From: a virus
IMG/VR virus record: IMGVR_UViG_3300032246_003079
Length of the DNA stretch: 64,000 bases
Direction: 5' to 3' (one strand)
A program made the position numbers and the translations under genes. The stretch's first letter is position 1; each line of letters begins with the position of its first letter. This document shows, one piece after another, positions 39,251 to 49,529 of this stretch. The notes below the pieces were generated by a model that was given only the letters and a program-made list of their open reading frames with translations, did no database searches and was not told the origin of the DNA.

Positions 39251-40606
39251 ATGGCAGATTTGAAACCACTTGGAAGTGAAAAATTAGAAGGTATGGACAA
39301 AATTAGACGTATCTTAGAAATTGCACATTATAATGAAAAACCAAAATCACAACTTAACGAAAACGAAACTTTGAACTATACCATTCAATTAGCCGATGGT
39401 TACACTTACGGTATTGTTAAAGAAAAGTTAGGTTATATAATTAAAAAAGGAATTAATGAATCTGTTTTAGATTATTCAGACCCAATTAGACAAAGAAAAT
39501 ATTTTGATTCGTATTCTCAGGCGATGAAAAAGTTGAATCTTCACGCTAAAGAATTAAATCGCATTCATGAGAATGACGAGGAGATTCCTTTAATTGGCGA
39601 GCAAACCGCTTCAAAAAAAAAATTCGTTTTAAAAACGCCTAAACCCGCAACGGAACCAACACCTGACGCATCACCCGCACCTGCACCTGCACCCGCACCT
39701 GCACCTGCACCCGCACCTGCACCTGAAGAAACTCCCGTACCACCAGCACCTGAAGAAGGTGGAGAACCTATGGGTGATGAAATGATGGGAGGAGAACCTA
39801 TGGGAGGAGAACCTATGGGTGGTGAGCCTATGGGTGGAGAGCCTATGGGTGGAGAGCCTATGGGTGGAGAGCCTATGGGTGGTGAGCCTATGGGTGGTGA
39901 GCCTATGGGTGGTGAGCCTATGGGTGGAGAACCAATGGGTGGAGAGACTGAAGAAGGTGGAGGATTCAAAACTATTCAAAGACTTACAGGTAAATTATCA
40001 CAAAAATTAAGAGCATATAACAATCAAGATGAAGACGGATTGGATTCACAGGATATTAAATATGTTATAAACATGGTTTTATCGGCTTTAGATTTAGAAA
40101 AGTTGGACGAGGATGATAAAGAAGACATTTTATCTAAATTTGAAGAAATTGATATGTACGGTGATGAAGGTCCTGAAAGTTTAGATTTTAGTGGTGAAGA
40201 AGATTCTAATTTTGGTGGTGATGAGTTTGGAGGTGAGGAATTTGGAGCAGAACCAATGGGCGGAGCACCTATGGGTGGTGAAGAACCAACACCACAAGAG
40301 CCAACAGAAAATGTTTTTGGAGAATCAAGAGTTGAAAATGTTTTGAAAAAATATTTTGTAGTAACAAAAGAAGAAGCTCCAATTTTAGAAGAAAAAAAAC
40401 AAAAAGATTATATTAAAAACAAATTAACACAGATAAAAGTAAAACAAGAGTTGCAAAATTTATCAGAAACTAGTCGTCAGTTGGAAAGAGCAAATAGACT
40501 TTTATCTGAAGGAGCACAATTTGTAGGTAAAACAAATTTAGATAATTTAATTTTTAATAAAAAAGGTAAACAAATTAAAATAGACACAAGAGGAAACATT
40601 ATATGA
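39251..40606 (+). CDS. head-module protein with PA and GGEPM low-complexity repeats
   Basis: 451 aa, upstream of terminase. Multiple LNE/INE motifs. Confidence 0.6.
   Translation: MADLKPLGSEKLEGMDKIRRILEIAHYNEKPKSQLNENETLNYTIQLADGYTYGIVKEKLGYIIKKGINESVLDYSDPIRQRKYFDSYSQAMKKLNLHAKELNRIHENDEEIPLIGEQTASKKKFVLKTPKPATEPTPDASPAPAPAPAPAPAPAPAPEETPVPPAPEEGGEPMGDEMMGGEPMGGEPMGGEPMGGEPMGGEPMGGEPMGGEPMGGEPMGGEPMGGEPMGGETEEGGGFKTIQRLTGKLSQKLRAYNNQDEDGLDSQDIKYVINMVLSALDLEKLDEDDKEDILSKFEEIDMYGDEGPESLDFSGEEDSNFGGDEFGGEEFGAEPMGGAPMGGEEPTPQEPTENVFGESRVENVLKKYFVVTKEEAPILEEKKQKDYIKNKLTQIKVKQELQNLSETSRQLERANRLLSEGAQFVGKTNLDNLIFNKKGKQIKIDTRGNII
39674..39946 (+). repeat. coding tandem repeats: (PA)n then about twelve 15-bp GGEPM units
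   Basis: cc(t/c)gca repeats at 39674-39724 and ggtgg(a/t)gagcctatg repeats at 39758-39946. Confidence 0.9.
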
Positions 40607-41022
40607 ATTTGATTTATATAAATGAGTTAGGTCCAAACTTTAGAGGAGACAACATCTATGAATTTATTTTTTCAGATGTTGATGACTCATATGGTGAAGA
40701 TTGGGATATTGAGCCAGCATCTGGACGACCACAACCACCAAAAATTGAATTTATTAAAAAAGTTGGTATTTTAAAAAACTCAGATATAGAATTAGAATTA
40801 GTTCAAAATTCAGACTTTTTTTGTGTTTATGATGCCGTTGATGGTGTTATTTCATTAGGATGGGAAAAGTCGGATTCGGATGAAATAATTGTATATAAAA
40901 AGAAACGATTAGTTTTTCAATACGGAGAAAGTATTGAAAATGTTGAAAGTAAATTATACGAAAGAGATGTCGTATTAAATTGGGAAAAAAATTTGATGCT
41001 AAATGAAACACATGAATTATAA
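40603..41022 (+). CDS. conserved phage hypothetical protein
   Basis: 139 aa, translationally coupled within the head operon. Confidence 0.6.
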   Translation: MNLIYINELGPNFRGDNIYEFIFSDVDDSYGEDWDIEPASGRPQPPKIEFIKKVGILKNSDIELELVQNSDFFCVYDAVDGVISLGWEKSDSDEIIVYKKKRLVFQYGESIENVESKLYERDVVLNWEKNLMLNETHEL

Positions 41023-41635
41023 ACTTCAAAAATTACTTCATGAAGGGTTTTCTATTAAAACATTAGAAAATCTATCAGAAAAACAATTATCTTCTTTATA
41101 CCGTAGAATTATGGAGCAAGAAGGGACACTTAATGTTAAAAAAGGTTCCCCCGAAGAAGCTAAAGCTAAATCTACCGGTAAATCATTTGTCACTTATGAA
41201 GAAGAACTTGAAGAAGATGACTTCGCATTAAATAGAATGTCCGGAAACGACCCATATGAAACAGGTGATAATTACTCTGGCCCTGGTTCAGATGATGGAT
41301 TTGGTGATGAATATGACGGAATGTCGAACGAAGGAGAACTTGAAGAAAAGGCGGTTTCTAGACAACAACAAAAAATTATGGGATTGGCTCTTTCTGTTAA
41401 AAAAGGAGATACTCCAAAATCCAAAGTTTCTAAAAAAGTTCAAAACATGGCAAAAGAAATGTCTAAAAAAGATTTAGAAGATTTTGCATCCACAAAACAC
41501 AAAGGTTTACCAAAAAGAGTTGAAGAAGATGAGGTAAAAAAGTTAGAAGAAAGTATTTTATCAATAGTACAAAAACATATACCAACTCACTTTACAAAAG
41601 GGGAACTTTTAAGAAATTTTAGAAGTAGAATTTAA
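41003..41635 (+). CDS. DUF3008-like domain protein
   Basis: AVSRQQQKIMGLALSVKKG...MAKEMSKKDLEDFASTKHKGLP, flanked by acidic LEE segments. Confidence 0.65.
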   Translation: MKHMNYKLQKLLHEGFSIKTLENLSEKQLSSLYRRIMEQEGTLNVKKGSPEEAKAKSTGKSFVTYEEELEEDDFALNRMSGNDPYETGDNYSGPGSDDGFGDEYDGMSNEGELEEKAVSRQQQKIMGLALSVKKGDTPKSKVSKKVQNMAKEMSKKDLEDFASTKHKGLPKRVEEDEVKKLEESILSIVQKHIPTHFTKGELLRNFRSRI

Positions 41636-41641
41636 AAATGA

Positions 41642-43417
41642 ATGTCACTTTCAAAAGAACAAATATTATTAGAATATGCTAAATGTGTAAATGATACACC
41701 ATACGCTCTAAAAACATATTTGCAAACTTACGACAACACACAATCAAAATACGTACCGCTAGAACTATTTAATGACCAAGTCACTTTGGTAAAAGACTAC
41801 GATACTGCTGAAGAAAATATAGCACTCAAATATCGACAAGCGGGTGTATCAACAGTAACATCTGCATGGGCATCAAAAAGATTAGTTTTTGCAAAAAAAT
41901 CAAAACCTGAAAAAATTCTAATTATTGCAAACAAACTTGATACTGCCGTTGAAATGGCAAACAAAGTTCGTTCATTTGTTGAGCAATGGCCTAACTGGTT
42001 GGGTGTTGGATTTTCTTCTGAAAAAAATGCAGCAAGACATTTTAAATTAACAAATGGTTGTGAAGTTAAGGCGGTTGCAACCTCAAAAGATGCTCTTCGT
42101 GGGTATACACCAACTATTCTTATTTTTGATGAGGCGGCATACATTGATGCTGATGAAGATTTTTGGTCAGCGTGTATGGCATCCCTTTCAACAGGGGGTA
42201 AAGTAATTGTTATTTCAACACCCAACGGGTTTGACCCAATTTACTACTCAATTTATGCTCAGGCGATAAAAGGAATGAATGACTTCAAAATTACTGAGAT
42301 GTTTTGGTTTAGAGACCCTAGATATTCCAAAGACTTAAAACTAATAAAGGTTGATGATATAATACATTACATGTTAAATAGAACTGACTATAAGGACAAT
42401 GAAATAACTATCGATTATTCAAATATAAAAGTATCAGACAGAGATTTTGAGGATATTAAACAAAAAATTGAAAACGGTTACAAACCATACTCGTCGTGGT
42501 TTGAATCGATGTCAAAAAAATTGAAATTTGATAAACGTAAAATATCACAAGAGTTAGAATGTAACTTTTTAGGGTCAGGGGATAATGTTATTCCTCCTGA
42601 AACTATGAAAAAAATAAAAGAAAACCATATTAGAGAACCTGAAAACAAATTTATGGGTGGTGTTCTTTGGCAATGGAAAGAACCGATTGTTGGTCACAGA
42701 TATATTATGGGAATGGACGTTTCGAGAGGGGACAGTGAAGATTTTACAACTTTTATTATAATTGATTTTGATGAAAGAGAACAAGTCTTAGAATATATTG
42801 CAAAAGTTCCACCTGATATTGTAGCGGAAATAGCATATAAGTGGGCAATAATGTATAACGCATTTATTGTAACCGATATTACAGGTGGTATGGGTGTTGC
42901 CACTTCCAGAAAACTTCAAGAACTTGGATATAAAAATTTGTATGTTGATGGTGTAAATCCTGCAGACAAATGGAAATGGGGCCCAAAACAAGAAGATAAA
43001 ATACCAGGAATAAATTTTAACTCAAAACGAGTTTTAATTGTCCAAGCGTTTGAAGAAGCTTTAAGGTTTGGGTTCGCAGTTAAGTCCCAAAGACTTTTTA
43101 ACGAATTAAATACTTTTGTTTATGTGAACGGAAGACCTGACCACCAAAAAGGCCAACACGACGATTTAATTATGGCAATGGCTATGGCGATTTATGTTGG
43201 GGAGTCATCTTTTTCTAAATTGGAAAAATCAACAGAACAAGCAAAAGCAATGATAGAATCTTGGACAACGGACAAAACTATGTTCAAAGATTCTTCACAA
43301 AATTTTAATCCTTCAATTCCGGTTCAAAATGATATGTATAATAATAGACCATATACTGGACCAACTAAAAGTGACTATGAAAATTATTCTTGGTTATTTG
43401 GAGGAAGAAGAGTTTAG
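41642..43417 (+). CDS. terL: terminase large subunit (T4 gp17-like)
   Basis: LKYRQAGVST Walker A-like motif, LIFDEAAY Walker B, ISTPNG, and a nuclease domain GMDVSRG...HDDLIMA. Confidence 0.93.
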   Translation: MSLSKEQILLEYAKCVNDTPYALKTYLQTYDNTQSKYVPLELFNDQVTLVKDYDTAEENIALKYRQAGVSTVTSAWASKRLVFAKKSKPEKILIIANKLDTAVEMANKVRSFVEQWPNWLGVGFSSEKNAARHFKLTNGCEVKAVATSKDALRGYTPTILIFDEAAYIDADEDFWSACMASLSTGGKVIVISTPNGFDPIYYSIYAQAIKGMNDFKITEMFWFRDPRYSKDLKLIKVDDIIHYMLNRTDYKDNEITIDYSNIKVSDRDFEDIKQKIENGYKPYSSWFESMSKKLKFDKRKISQELECNFLGSGDNVIPPETMKKIKENHIREPENKFMGGVLWQWKEPIVGHRYIMGMDVSRGDSEDFTTFIIIDFDEREQVLEYIAKVPPDIVAEIAYKWAIMYNAFIVTDITGGMGVATSRKLQELGYKNLYVDGVNPADKWKWGPKQEDKIPGINFNSKRVLIVQAFEEALRFGFAVKSQRLFNELNTFVYVNGRPDHQKGQHDDLIMAMAMAIYVGESSFSKLEKSTEQAKAMIESWTTDKTMFKDSSQNFNPSIPVQNDMYNNRPYTGPTKSDYENYSWLFGGRRV

Positions 43418-43450
43418 AATATTATAAAATGAACTATTTTAAAAAATAAA

Positions 43451-45277
43451 ATGGCAGAAGAAAAATATACAGTTTGGCAAAGATTAGGTAGAGTTTTTGG
43501 ACCTAATTCAACAATTGACCAACAATCACCGGTTTTTAAATTCGATAAAAAAGAATTATTAAAAACACCAAACAAACAAGAATTTGAAAAAGAAAAACTT
43601 CAAGCTCAGCAGACCATGTATATTGGTCAGCAATGGCAAAAAGTAGAAAGTAATCTTTATCAACAGGCGGTTTATTATGAACCAACAAGAATGGCATCAT
43701 ATTATGATTATGAATCCATGGAATATACTCCCGAAATTTCAGCAGCATTAGACATTTATGCTGAAGAGTCGACAACACCCGATAAAGACGGACACATTTT
43801 ACAAATTTATTCTGAATCAAAAAGAATTAAATCAGTTTTAACCGATTTATTTAATAACAAATTGGATATAAATACAAACTTACCAATGTGGATTAGAAAC
43901 ACTTGTAAGTTTGGTGATAATTTTGTTTATTTAAAATTAGACCCTGAAAGAGGAGTTGTAGGTTGCCAACAATTACCTAATATCCAAATAGAAAGATTAG
44001 AAAAAGGAATGAAATTCCAACCTGAAAAATATTCAGCAGAAATTGAAAATGACGCTCTTAAATTCACATGGAAAGAAAAAAACATGGAATTTAACACATG
44101 GGAGATAGGTCACTTTAGAATATTAGGCGATGATAGAAAATTACCATATGGTACATCAATGTTAGAAAAAGCTCGTCGTATTTGGAAACAATTACTTTTA
44201 TCTGAAGATGCGATGTTAATTTACCGAGTATCAAGAGCACCTGAAAGACGGGTTTTTAAAGTATTTGTGGGTAATATGGATGACAAAGATGTTGATGCTT
44301 ATGTACAAAGAGTTGCTAATAAATTCAAAAGAGACCAAATTGTAGACCATAAAACAGGAAATGTTGACATGAGATACAATCAAATGGCAGTTGACCAAGA
44401 TTATTTTATCCCTGTTAGAGACCCTGCGGCTACTAATCCTATTGAGACATTAGATGGGGCTAAAAACTTAGCAGAAATCGCGGATATTGAATATATCCAA
44501 AAGAAACTTGTTACAGCATTAAGAATCCCTAAAGCGTATTTAGGATTTGAAGAGGCTGTTGGTGATGGTAAAAATTTATCACTATTAGATATTAGATTTG
44601 CTAGAACAATTAATAGGATTCAAAAATCTATGATTGCAGAACTAAATAAAATTGCAATCATTCATTTGTTTCTTTTAGGGTTCGAAGATGAATTAACCAA
44701 TTTTACACTTGGATTAACCAACCCATCAAAACAATCTGATTTATTAGGTATAGAATTATGGAAAGAAAAAATAACATTATTTAAAGATGCGGTTGCACCA
44801 ATTCAAGATAGTGTTGCCCCTGTATCAGCATCATGGGCCAAAAAACATATTCTTGGATTTTCTGATGATGAAATTAGACTTGATTTACAACAACAAAGAA
44901 TTGAAAGAGCAGTATCTGCAGAACTTGGTAAAACGGCAGAAGTTATTACTAAAACGGGATTATTTGATACTCTTGATTCACTTTATAGTAAAAAAGACGC
45001 CGCCGCAGGTGGAGCACCTACTGAAGGAGGAGCAGCACCTGAAGGTGGAGGAATGCCTCCTGAAGAAGGAGGAATGCCTCCTGAAGCTGGAGGTGGGGCA
45101 CCACCGCCGCCACCCGCAGAAGGTGGGGGAGTAACTCCTGAAAATTTTAATAGAAATGATTTAAATTTAATTTTGGAAAACACTCTTTTTGATAGAGATA
45201 ATACATTAGATTTATCAAAAGGTAGATTATCTATCAATGAAATTGATGACAAAATAAATAAATTATTAAACAAGTAA
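43451..45277 (+). CDS. portal protein (T4 gp20-like)
   Basis: PEISAALDIYAEE, EDAMLIYRVSRAPERRVF, DYFIPVR, ALRIPKAYL. Gly/Pro-rich C-terminal tail. Confidence 0.92.
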   Translation: MAEEKYTVWQRLGRVFGPNSTIDQQSPVFKFDKKELLKTPNKQEFEKEKLQAQQTMYIGQQWQKVESNLYQQAVYYEPTRMASYYDYESMEYTPEISAALDIYAEESTTPDKDGHILQIYSESKRIKSVLTDLFNNKLDINTNLPMWIRNTCKFGDNFVYLKLDPERGVVGCQQLPNIQIERLEKGMKFQPEKYSAEIENDALKFTWKEKNMEFNTWEIGHFRILGDDRKLPYGTSMLEKARRIWKQLLLSEDAMLIYRVSRAPERRVFKVFVGNMDDKDVDAYVQRVANKFKRDQIVDHKTGNVDMRYNQMAVDQDYFIPVRDPAATNPIETLDGAKNLAEIADIEYIQKKLVTALRIPKAYLGFEEAVGDGKNLSLLDIRFARTINRIQKSMIAELNKIAIIHLFLLGFEDELTNFTLGLTNPSKQSDLLGIELWKEKITLFKDAVAPIQDSVAPVSASWAKKHILGFSDDEIRLDLQQQRIERAVSAELGKTAEVITKTGLFDTLDSLYSKKDAAAGGAPTEGGAAPEGGGMPPEEGGMPPEAGGGAPPPPPAEGGGVTPENFNRNDLNLILENTLFDRDNTLDLSKGRLSINEIDDKINKLLNK

Positions 45278-45299
45278 GTATTTATCTAAAAAAATAGAT

Positions 45300-46037
45300 A
45301 TGGCAACTTTTGGTGAAATAAAAACTAAAATAGACGAAACTTTCATTAACTTATATGGTAAGGATGAGTTTAAATTTTTCAGCAATCAATTCAAAAAGAT
45401 TGTTTTGGAAAATAAAGACATTGCGGAGCTTTATTATATCTATAATGATTTGACAGAAAATAAAGGTATACCTGTAGACTTAGTTAATGACTATATTAAT
45501 GAGTCTGTAGAATACTCACAAATTTTAGTTGAAAATAATAATAAAGAATTAAGTAGAATTAATTCATGGATTAATAGTATCGATTTACATGGGGATGTAA
45601 AAAATATTTACGAAACAATCGATAATGTGATTTATAACAATTCTATTAAAAATCTTGAAAATATTTTAGAATCAAAAAAACAAATATCTAATATTATATC
45701 TACACCTAAAAAAGAAGTAACCATTAAAGAATCTATCAATTTACCTTTAGAGACTATGTTGAAAGTTGCAAACTCAAAACTTAATGATGAAATTACTAAT
45801 TTGTCAGAAAGTGAAAAAAATGATATTAAAGAAATAGTTTCTTTATCTAAAACTGAGTTAGAAAACAGAATGGAAAACTTAAAGGAATGTATTATTGAAA
45901 ACTTAAAAATGAAAATAAACGAGTCTAATGAAAGTGATTTGAAAAATACAATTGAAAAAACTGTAAACAAAATACAAAACTCACCTGTTGATTTTTACAA
46001 TTACTATAAGTTAAGACAACTTCAAGAAGGTTTATAA
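45300..46037 (+). CDS. head-module hypothetical protein (possible prohead core protein)
   Basis: 245 aa, helical, many INE/IKE/ILE motifs. TATTTAT at 45279-45285. Confidence 0.55.
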   Translation: MATFGEIKTKIDETFINLYGKDEFKFFSNQFKKIVLENKDIAELYYIYNDLTENKGIPVDLVNDYINESVEYSQILVENNNKELSRINSWINSIDLHGDVKNIYETIDNVIYNNSIKNLENILESKKQISNIISTPKKEVTIKESINLPLETMLKVANSKLNDEITNLSESEKNDIKEIVSLSKTELENRMENLKECIIENLKMKINESNESDLKNTIEKTVNKIQNSPVDFYNYYKLRQLQEGL

Positions 46038-46285
46038 TGAAATTTTTTAAAAACATGATGGAAGGGGCAAACGGTGGTATATCCTCTAAAAGATTTATTG
46101 GTTTATTATGTGCCATTTCTTTAATAATATCTTTATTTGTTTCTTTATTTACTTGTGGAAGATATGAGGCTCCTGAAATTTTAATACAAACAATTGGATT
46201 ATTAGCATTTGGGACTTTAGGGTTGACATCCGTAGATTTCTTTACCAACAAAAAAAAAGAGAATAAAAATCAAGAAGAAAACTGA
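46037..46285 (+). CDS. small two-TM membrane protein (holin-like)
   Basis: 82 aa. ISSKRFIG followed by two hydrophobic helices and a charged C-terminal tail. Confidence 0.5.
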   Translation: MKFFKNMMEGANGGISSKRFIGLLCAISLIISLFVSLFTCGRYEAPEILIQTIGLLAFGTLGLTSVDFFTNKKKENKNQEEN

Positions 46286-46461
46286 TTTTTAATTTTTTGC
46301 ATATAAACCGCCTTTATTCTTTTCTTTCTTAACTTAACAGACTTTTTTTCAAACTCTTTTCCGTCTCTTAAATGTTCAAGTTGTTTTGTTTTGTATACCT
46401 TGAGTTTATATTGTTTCAATGATTGTTCAATATTATTTTTTTTAACTTCGATAATAATCAT
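46270..46461 (-). CDS. rpsU: phage-encoded ribosomal protein bS21 (Bacteroidota type)
   Basis: MIIIEVKKNNIEQSLKQYKLKV.KTKQL..LR..KEFEKKSV..R....KAVY, 63 aa and basic. TATTTAT at 46482-46488 on the minus strand. Confidence 0.88.
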   Translation of the reverse strand: MIIIEVKKNNIEQSLKQYKLKVYKTKQLEHLRDGKEFEKKSVKLRKKRIKAVYMQKIKNQFSS

Positions 46462-46565
46462 ATTTTTTTTCTTTTTTTAATATAAATATATTAATTTTTT
46501 TATGTTTTGACAAATTCTTTTGTAATTGTTATTATTAGAAAAAATAAACCTCTTACATATGAAAA

Positions 46566-47015
46566 ATGAAGAAAGGAAAAACATCAAAATTAAACATTTT
46601 TGATGATGCGAAATGTCAGTACGGAACGGTCGATTCTAAAAATTTCAAATCAATTTATTTAATTTTACAAACATGGGTCGAACCAAAAGACGATTACAGT
46701 AATTGGACATCAATTACAGGTAGTATAAAAAGACAAATTCTACACACACTATTAGAAGTTGTTGACCACAAAATTTTTGAAAAAAAGTGTATAGTTGACT
46801 TAGATTTAAGAACAAGTGGATTACAAAAAAATAAAAAAAGTTTTTTGAATTTAGAAATTACATTGTTTATTCACAACCAATCGTATGATTTCAAATCAAT
46901 TCTTTTAAGGTCAAAAATAAAAAATATTTTCCAATCAATATATGTGGATGATTTAAAAAAATCACTTTATTTCACATTAAGTAAAACTAAATCAGAACAA
47001 ATAGAAGAAATATAA
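46566..47015 (+). CDS. conserved phage hypothetical protein
   Basis: 149 aa. YGTVDSKNFKSIY and IVDLDLRTSG motifs. Lies between bS21 and the protease. Confidence 0.6.
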   Translation: MKKGKTSKLNIFDDAKCQYGTVDSKNFKSIYLILQTWVEPKDDYSNWTSITGSIKRQILHTLLEVVDHKIFEKKCIVDLDLRTSGLQKNKKSFLNLEITLFIHNQSYDFKSILLRSKIKNIFQSIYVDDLKKSLYFTLSKTKSEQIEEI

Positions 47016-47035
47016 TATTTATTAATAAAAATATT

Positions 47036-47746
47036 ATGAAAATTTTAGGACCAAAAGACACGGGTAAAGGGATTCTAGTTGAATGGGATGCCGGTATTAT
47101 AAATCCAAATGAACCAAGAAACCAAAATTTGATTAGAGAATCTTATGGTCAGTTAGACCATTCTAAACCGTTTGTTTTTTACGCAACACTTCAAAAATGG
47201 GGAGTTCCAAATAGAAACGGTAGAGTATATCCTGAAAAAATATTAAAAAGAGAAGCTGAAAAATATCAAGATGTTATTAAAAAAGGAATGTCAATTTCTG
47301 AATTAAACCACCCTGAATCTTCTTTAGTAGATTTAGATAGGGTTTCTCATATTATAACTGAAACATGGTGGGAAGGAAATATATTGATGGGGAAAATTAA
47401 ATTATTAACAAGTCCAGGTTTTCACGAAAGAGGTATTGTAACATCTAAGGGTGATGTTGCTGCGAATCTTATGAGACAAGGAGTCACTATGGGAGTATCT
47501 TCTCGTGGGGTCGGGTCTTTAGTAAAAAAAGGAGACCAAAATGAGGTACAGGAGGATTTTGAATTAATTTGTTTTGACCTTGTATCATCGCCATCTACAC
47601 CAGGAGCTTATCTTTATTTGAATGCTGAAGATAGACCAAGATATGAAGAAAAATTGGCAGAACATGATAACGCTTCAGTTAGTGATAGTGGGTTAGAAAA
47701 ATCTGTTGACTTAATGAAAAGATTGTCCGATTATTTAGGAAAGTAA
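47036..47746 (+). CDS. prohead maturation protease (T4 gp21-like)
   Basis: NRNGRVYP, ELNHP, VSHII, GVSSRGVGS and FDLVSSPSTPGA. Confidence 0.92.
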   Translation: MKILGPKDTGKGILVEWDAGIINPNEPRNQNLIRESYGQLDHSKPFVFYATLQKWGVPNRNGRVYPEKILKREAEKYQDVIKKGMSISELNHPESSLVDLDRVSHIITETWWEGNILMGKIKLLTSPGFHERGIVTSKGDVAANLMRQGVTMGVSSRGVGSLVKKGDQNEVQEDFELICFDLVSSPSTPGAYLYLNAEDRPRYEEKLAEHDNASVSDSGLEKSVDLMKRLSDYLGK

Positions 47747-47758
47747 AAAAATTAAATT

Positions 47759-47968
47759 ATGGACGAAAAGTATTTTGTAGCAAAAATCACAACTGATATG
47801 GTTGATGATAACACAGGTAAAATCAAAAAAATTAGAGAAGAAAAATTGGTTAAAGGTTTTTCACCAACAGACGTTGAAGCTAAAGTAACTAAAGCTTATG
47901 AAAGTTACTCAATGGATTGGAGAATCACTGCAATCGTTGAAAGTAAAATTGACGAAGTTATTGAATAA
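47759..47968 (+). CDS. DUF4494-like small protein
   Basis: YFVAKI...GKIKKIREEKLV...SPTDVEAKV...ITAIVESKI resembles one Bacteroidota DUF4494 repeat. Confidence 0.5.
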   Translation: MDEKYFVAKITTDMVDDNTGKIKKIREEKLVKGFSPTDVEAKVTKAYESYSMDWRITAIVESKIDEVIE

Positions 47969-47989
47969 AAAAATTCTTAACATTTTTAT

Positions 47990-48015
47990 AAAGGTCCCCA
48001 AAAGGGACCTTTTTT
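47990..48015 (+). terminator. intrinsic terminator
   Basis: aaaggtccc-caaaa-gggaccttttt. Confidence 0.8.
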
Positions 48016-48107
48016 ATTTTTTAACGGTTTTTCATATAAAAAACAAACTTTTTGGAATATAGATATATTTATTATAAAAATAAACGCAAAATTATATGCT
48101 TTTTTAA

Positions 48108-49502
48108 ATGAGTAACAGAAAATCAGAATCGTTAGTAGAGGAGGCTTTATTACAAATGAAGACCATCGAAGAGGCGATTAGTGAAAATGCAAAAGGAATA
48201 CTTGCTTCAACCATGAAACAAGAAATCGGCGAATTAGTAAGAGAATCTATAATGGGTTCTAAAAAATCCTTAAAAGAACAAGCACAAGGTGGTGAACAAC
48301 CACAAGGTTCAGAAGAAGAAGGAGAAGGAGAAGAAATAGAAGTATCTGGTGAAGAGGAAGTGGAAGCACTACCAGCACCAAGTACTGATAATGGTATGGA
48401 AGGAGCTCCTGAAGGCCCAACTGAAGAACTACCTCCACTTGATATGACAAAATCACCAATGTCCGACGTTATGAAAGTTTTCAAAGCGATGGGAGATGAA
48501 GATGGTTTTATCATTCAAAAAGATGGTAATTATGTTCACTTGAAAGACGGTAAAGCAAATACCGAATATCTAATCAGTATGGAAGTTGACGAACCTGAAA
48601 TGCCTGCAGAACAACCTGTCGAAAACATGGCTGAAAATACAACATATGAGTTGGTTTTTGAAGACGATTCGATGGCGAATGAAATGGACTATAACGAAGA
48701 CATGAACATGGATGAAATGTATATGGATGAAACGTACATGGATGAAATGGACTATAACGAAGGTATGGGTCATATGAACATGGATGAAATGTATATGGAT
48801 GAAATGGACTATAACGAAGATATGGACATGGATGAAGAAGTTTATGAAATCGACCAAGAATCACTTGAAAATGTTGTTGAAGCGTTTAAAGCTAAAGGTA
48901 AAATTGGAAAACTTAAAACCAAGATTTATCCTTCAAAATTGAAACACGGTGTTACTGAAACAGACGAAGATGAAATTTCAGACGGATGGATGGACGAAGA
49001 GGAAGATGATGACGTTGAAGCAACTGAAGCCGCTAGAACTTATGGAAATGGTTCTAAAAAAGGTAGAGGTTTAAGAAAGGGAATCACACCAAACAGAAAT
49101 TTAACGTTTGAATCTCGTGAATTGGAATCTTTAAGAGAAAAAAATGAAGAGTATAGAAAAGCATTAGACTTTTTTAGAAATAAATTAAATGAAGTTGCAA
49201 TTTTCAATTCTAATTTGGCTTACGCCACTAGATTGTTTACAGAACACTCAACAACAAAACAAGAAAAAATCAACATCTTAAGAAGATTTGACACTGTTGA
49301 ATCTTTAAAAGAATCAAAATCACTTTACAGAACAATCAAAGAAGAAATTGGTGAATCACCAAACTCTATGATGAACGAATCTATTGCACAAAAAGTTGTT
49401 AAAACTCCAAGTAATGGTTCATCATCAAACTTGATTGAATCTAAAGCTTACGAAAATCCTCAATTTATGAGAATGAAGGATTTAATGAACAAAATAAAAT
49501 AA
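48108..49502 (+). CDS. prohead scaffolding/core protein
   Basis: 464 aa, very acidic, directly upstream of the capsid gene. Coiled-coil C-terminus. Many xxE cleavage-like motifs. Confidence 0.75.
   Translation: MSNRKSESLVEEALLQMKTIEEAISENAKGILASTMKQEIGELVRESIMGSKKSLKEQAQGGEQPQGSEEEGEGEEIEVSGEEEVEALPAPSTDNGMEGAPEGPTEELPPLDMTKSPMSDVMKVFKAMGDEDGFIIQKDGNYVHLKDGKANTEYLISMEVDEPEMPAEQPVENMAENTTYELVFEDDSMANEMDYNEDMNMDEMYMDETYMDEMDYNEGMGHMNMDEMYMDEMDYNEDMDMDEEVYEIDQESLENVVEAFKAKGKIGKLKTKIYPSKLKHGVTETDEDEISDGWMDEEEDDDVEATEAARTYGNGSKKGRGLRKGITPNRNLTFESRELESLREKNEEYRKALDFFRNKLNEVAIFNSNLAYATRLFTEHSTTKQEKINILRRFDTVESLKESKSLYRTIKEEIGESPNSMMNESIAQKVVKTPSNGSSSNLIESKAYENPQFMRMKDLMNKIK
48673..48840 (+). repeat. 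coding repeat encoding Met/Asp/Glu units (MDEMDYNE, MDEMY)
   Basis: Repeated atggatgaaatg and gaaatggactataacgaag. Confidence 0.8.
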
Positions 49503-49529
49503 AAATAAACTCTAAAAAAAATTAAAAAA

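Noticed and set aside
39758-39946. 15-bp repeat array as a possible CRISPR or replication origin
   Set aside because: Contiguous coding GGEPM units varying only at synonymous positions.
48570-48864. His-rich antisense ORFs opposite the scaffold gene
   Set aside because: Artefacts of the ATG/GAT-rich repeat on the sense strand.
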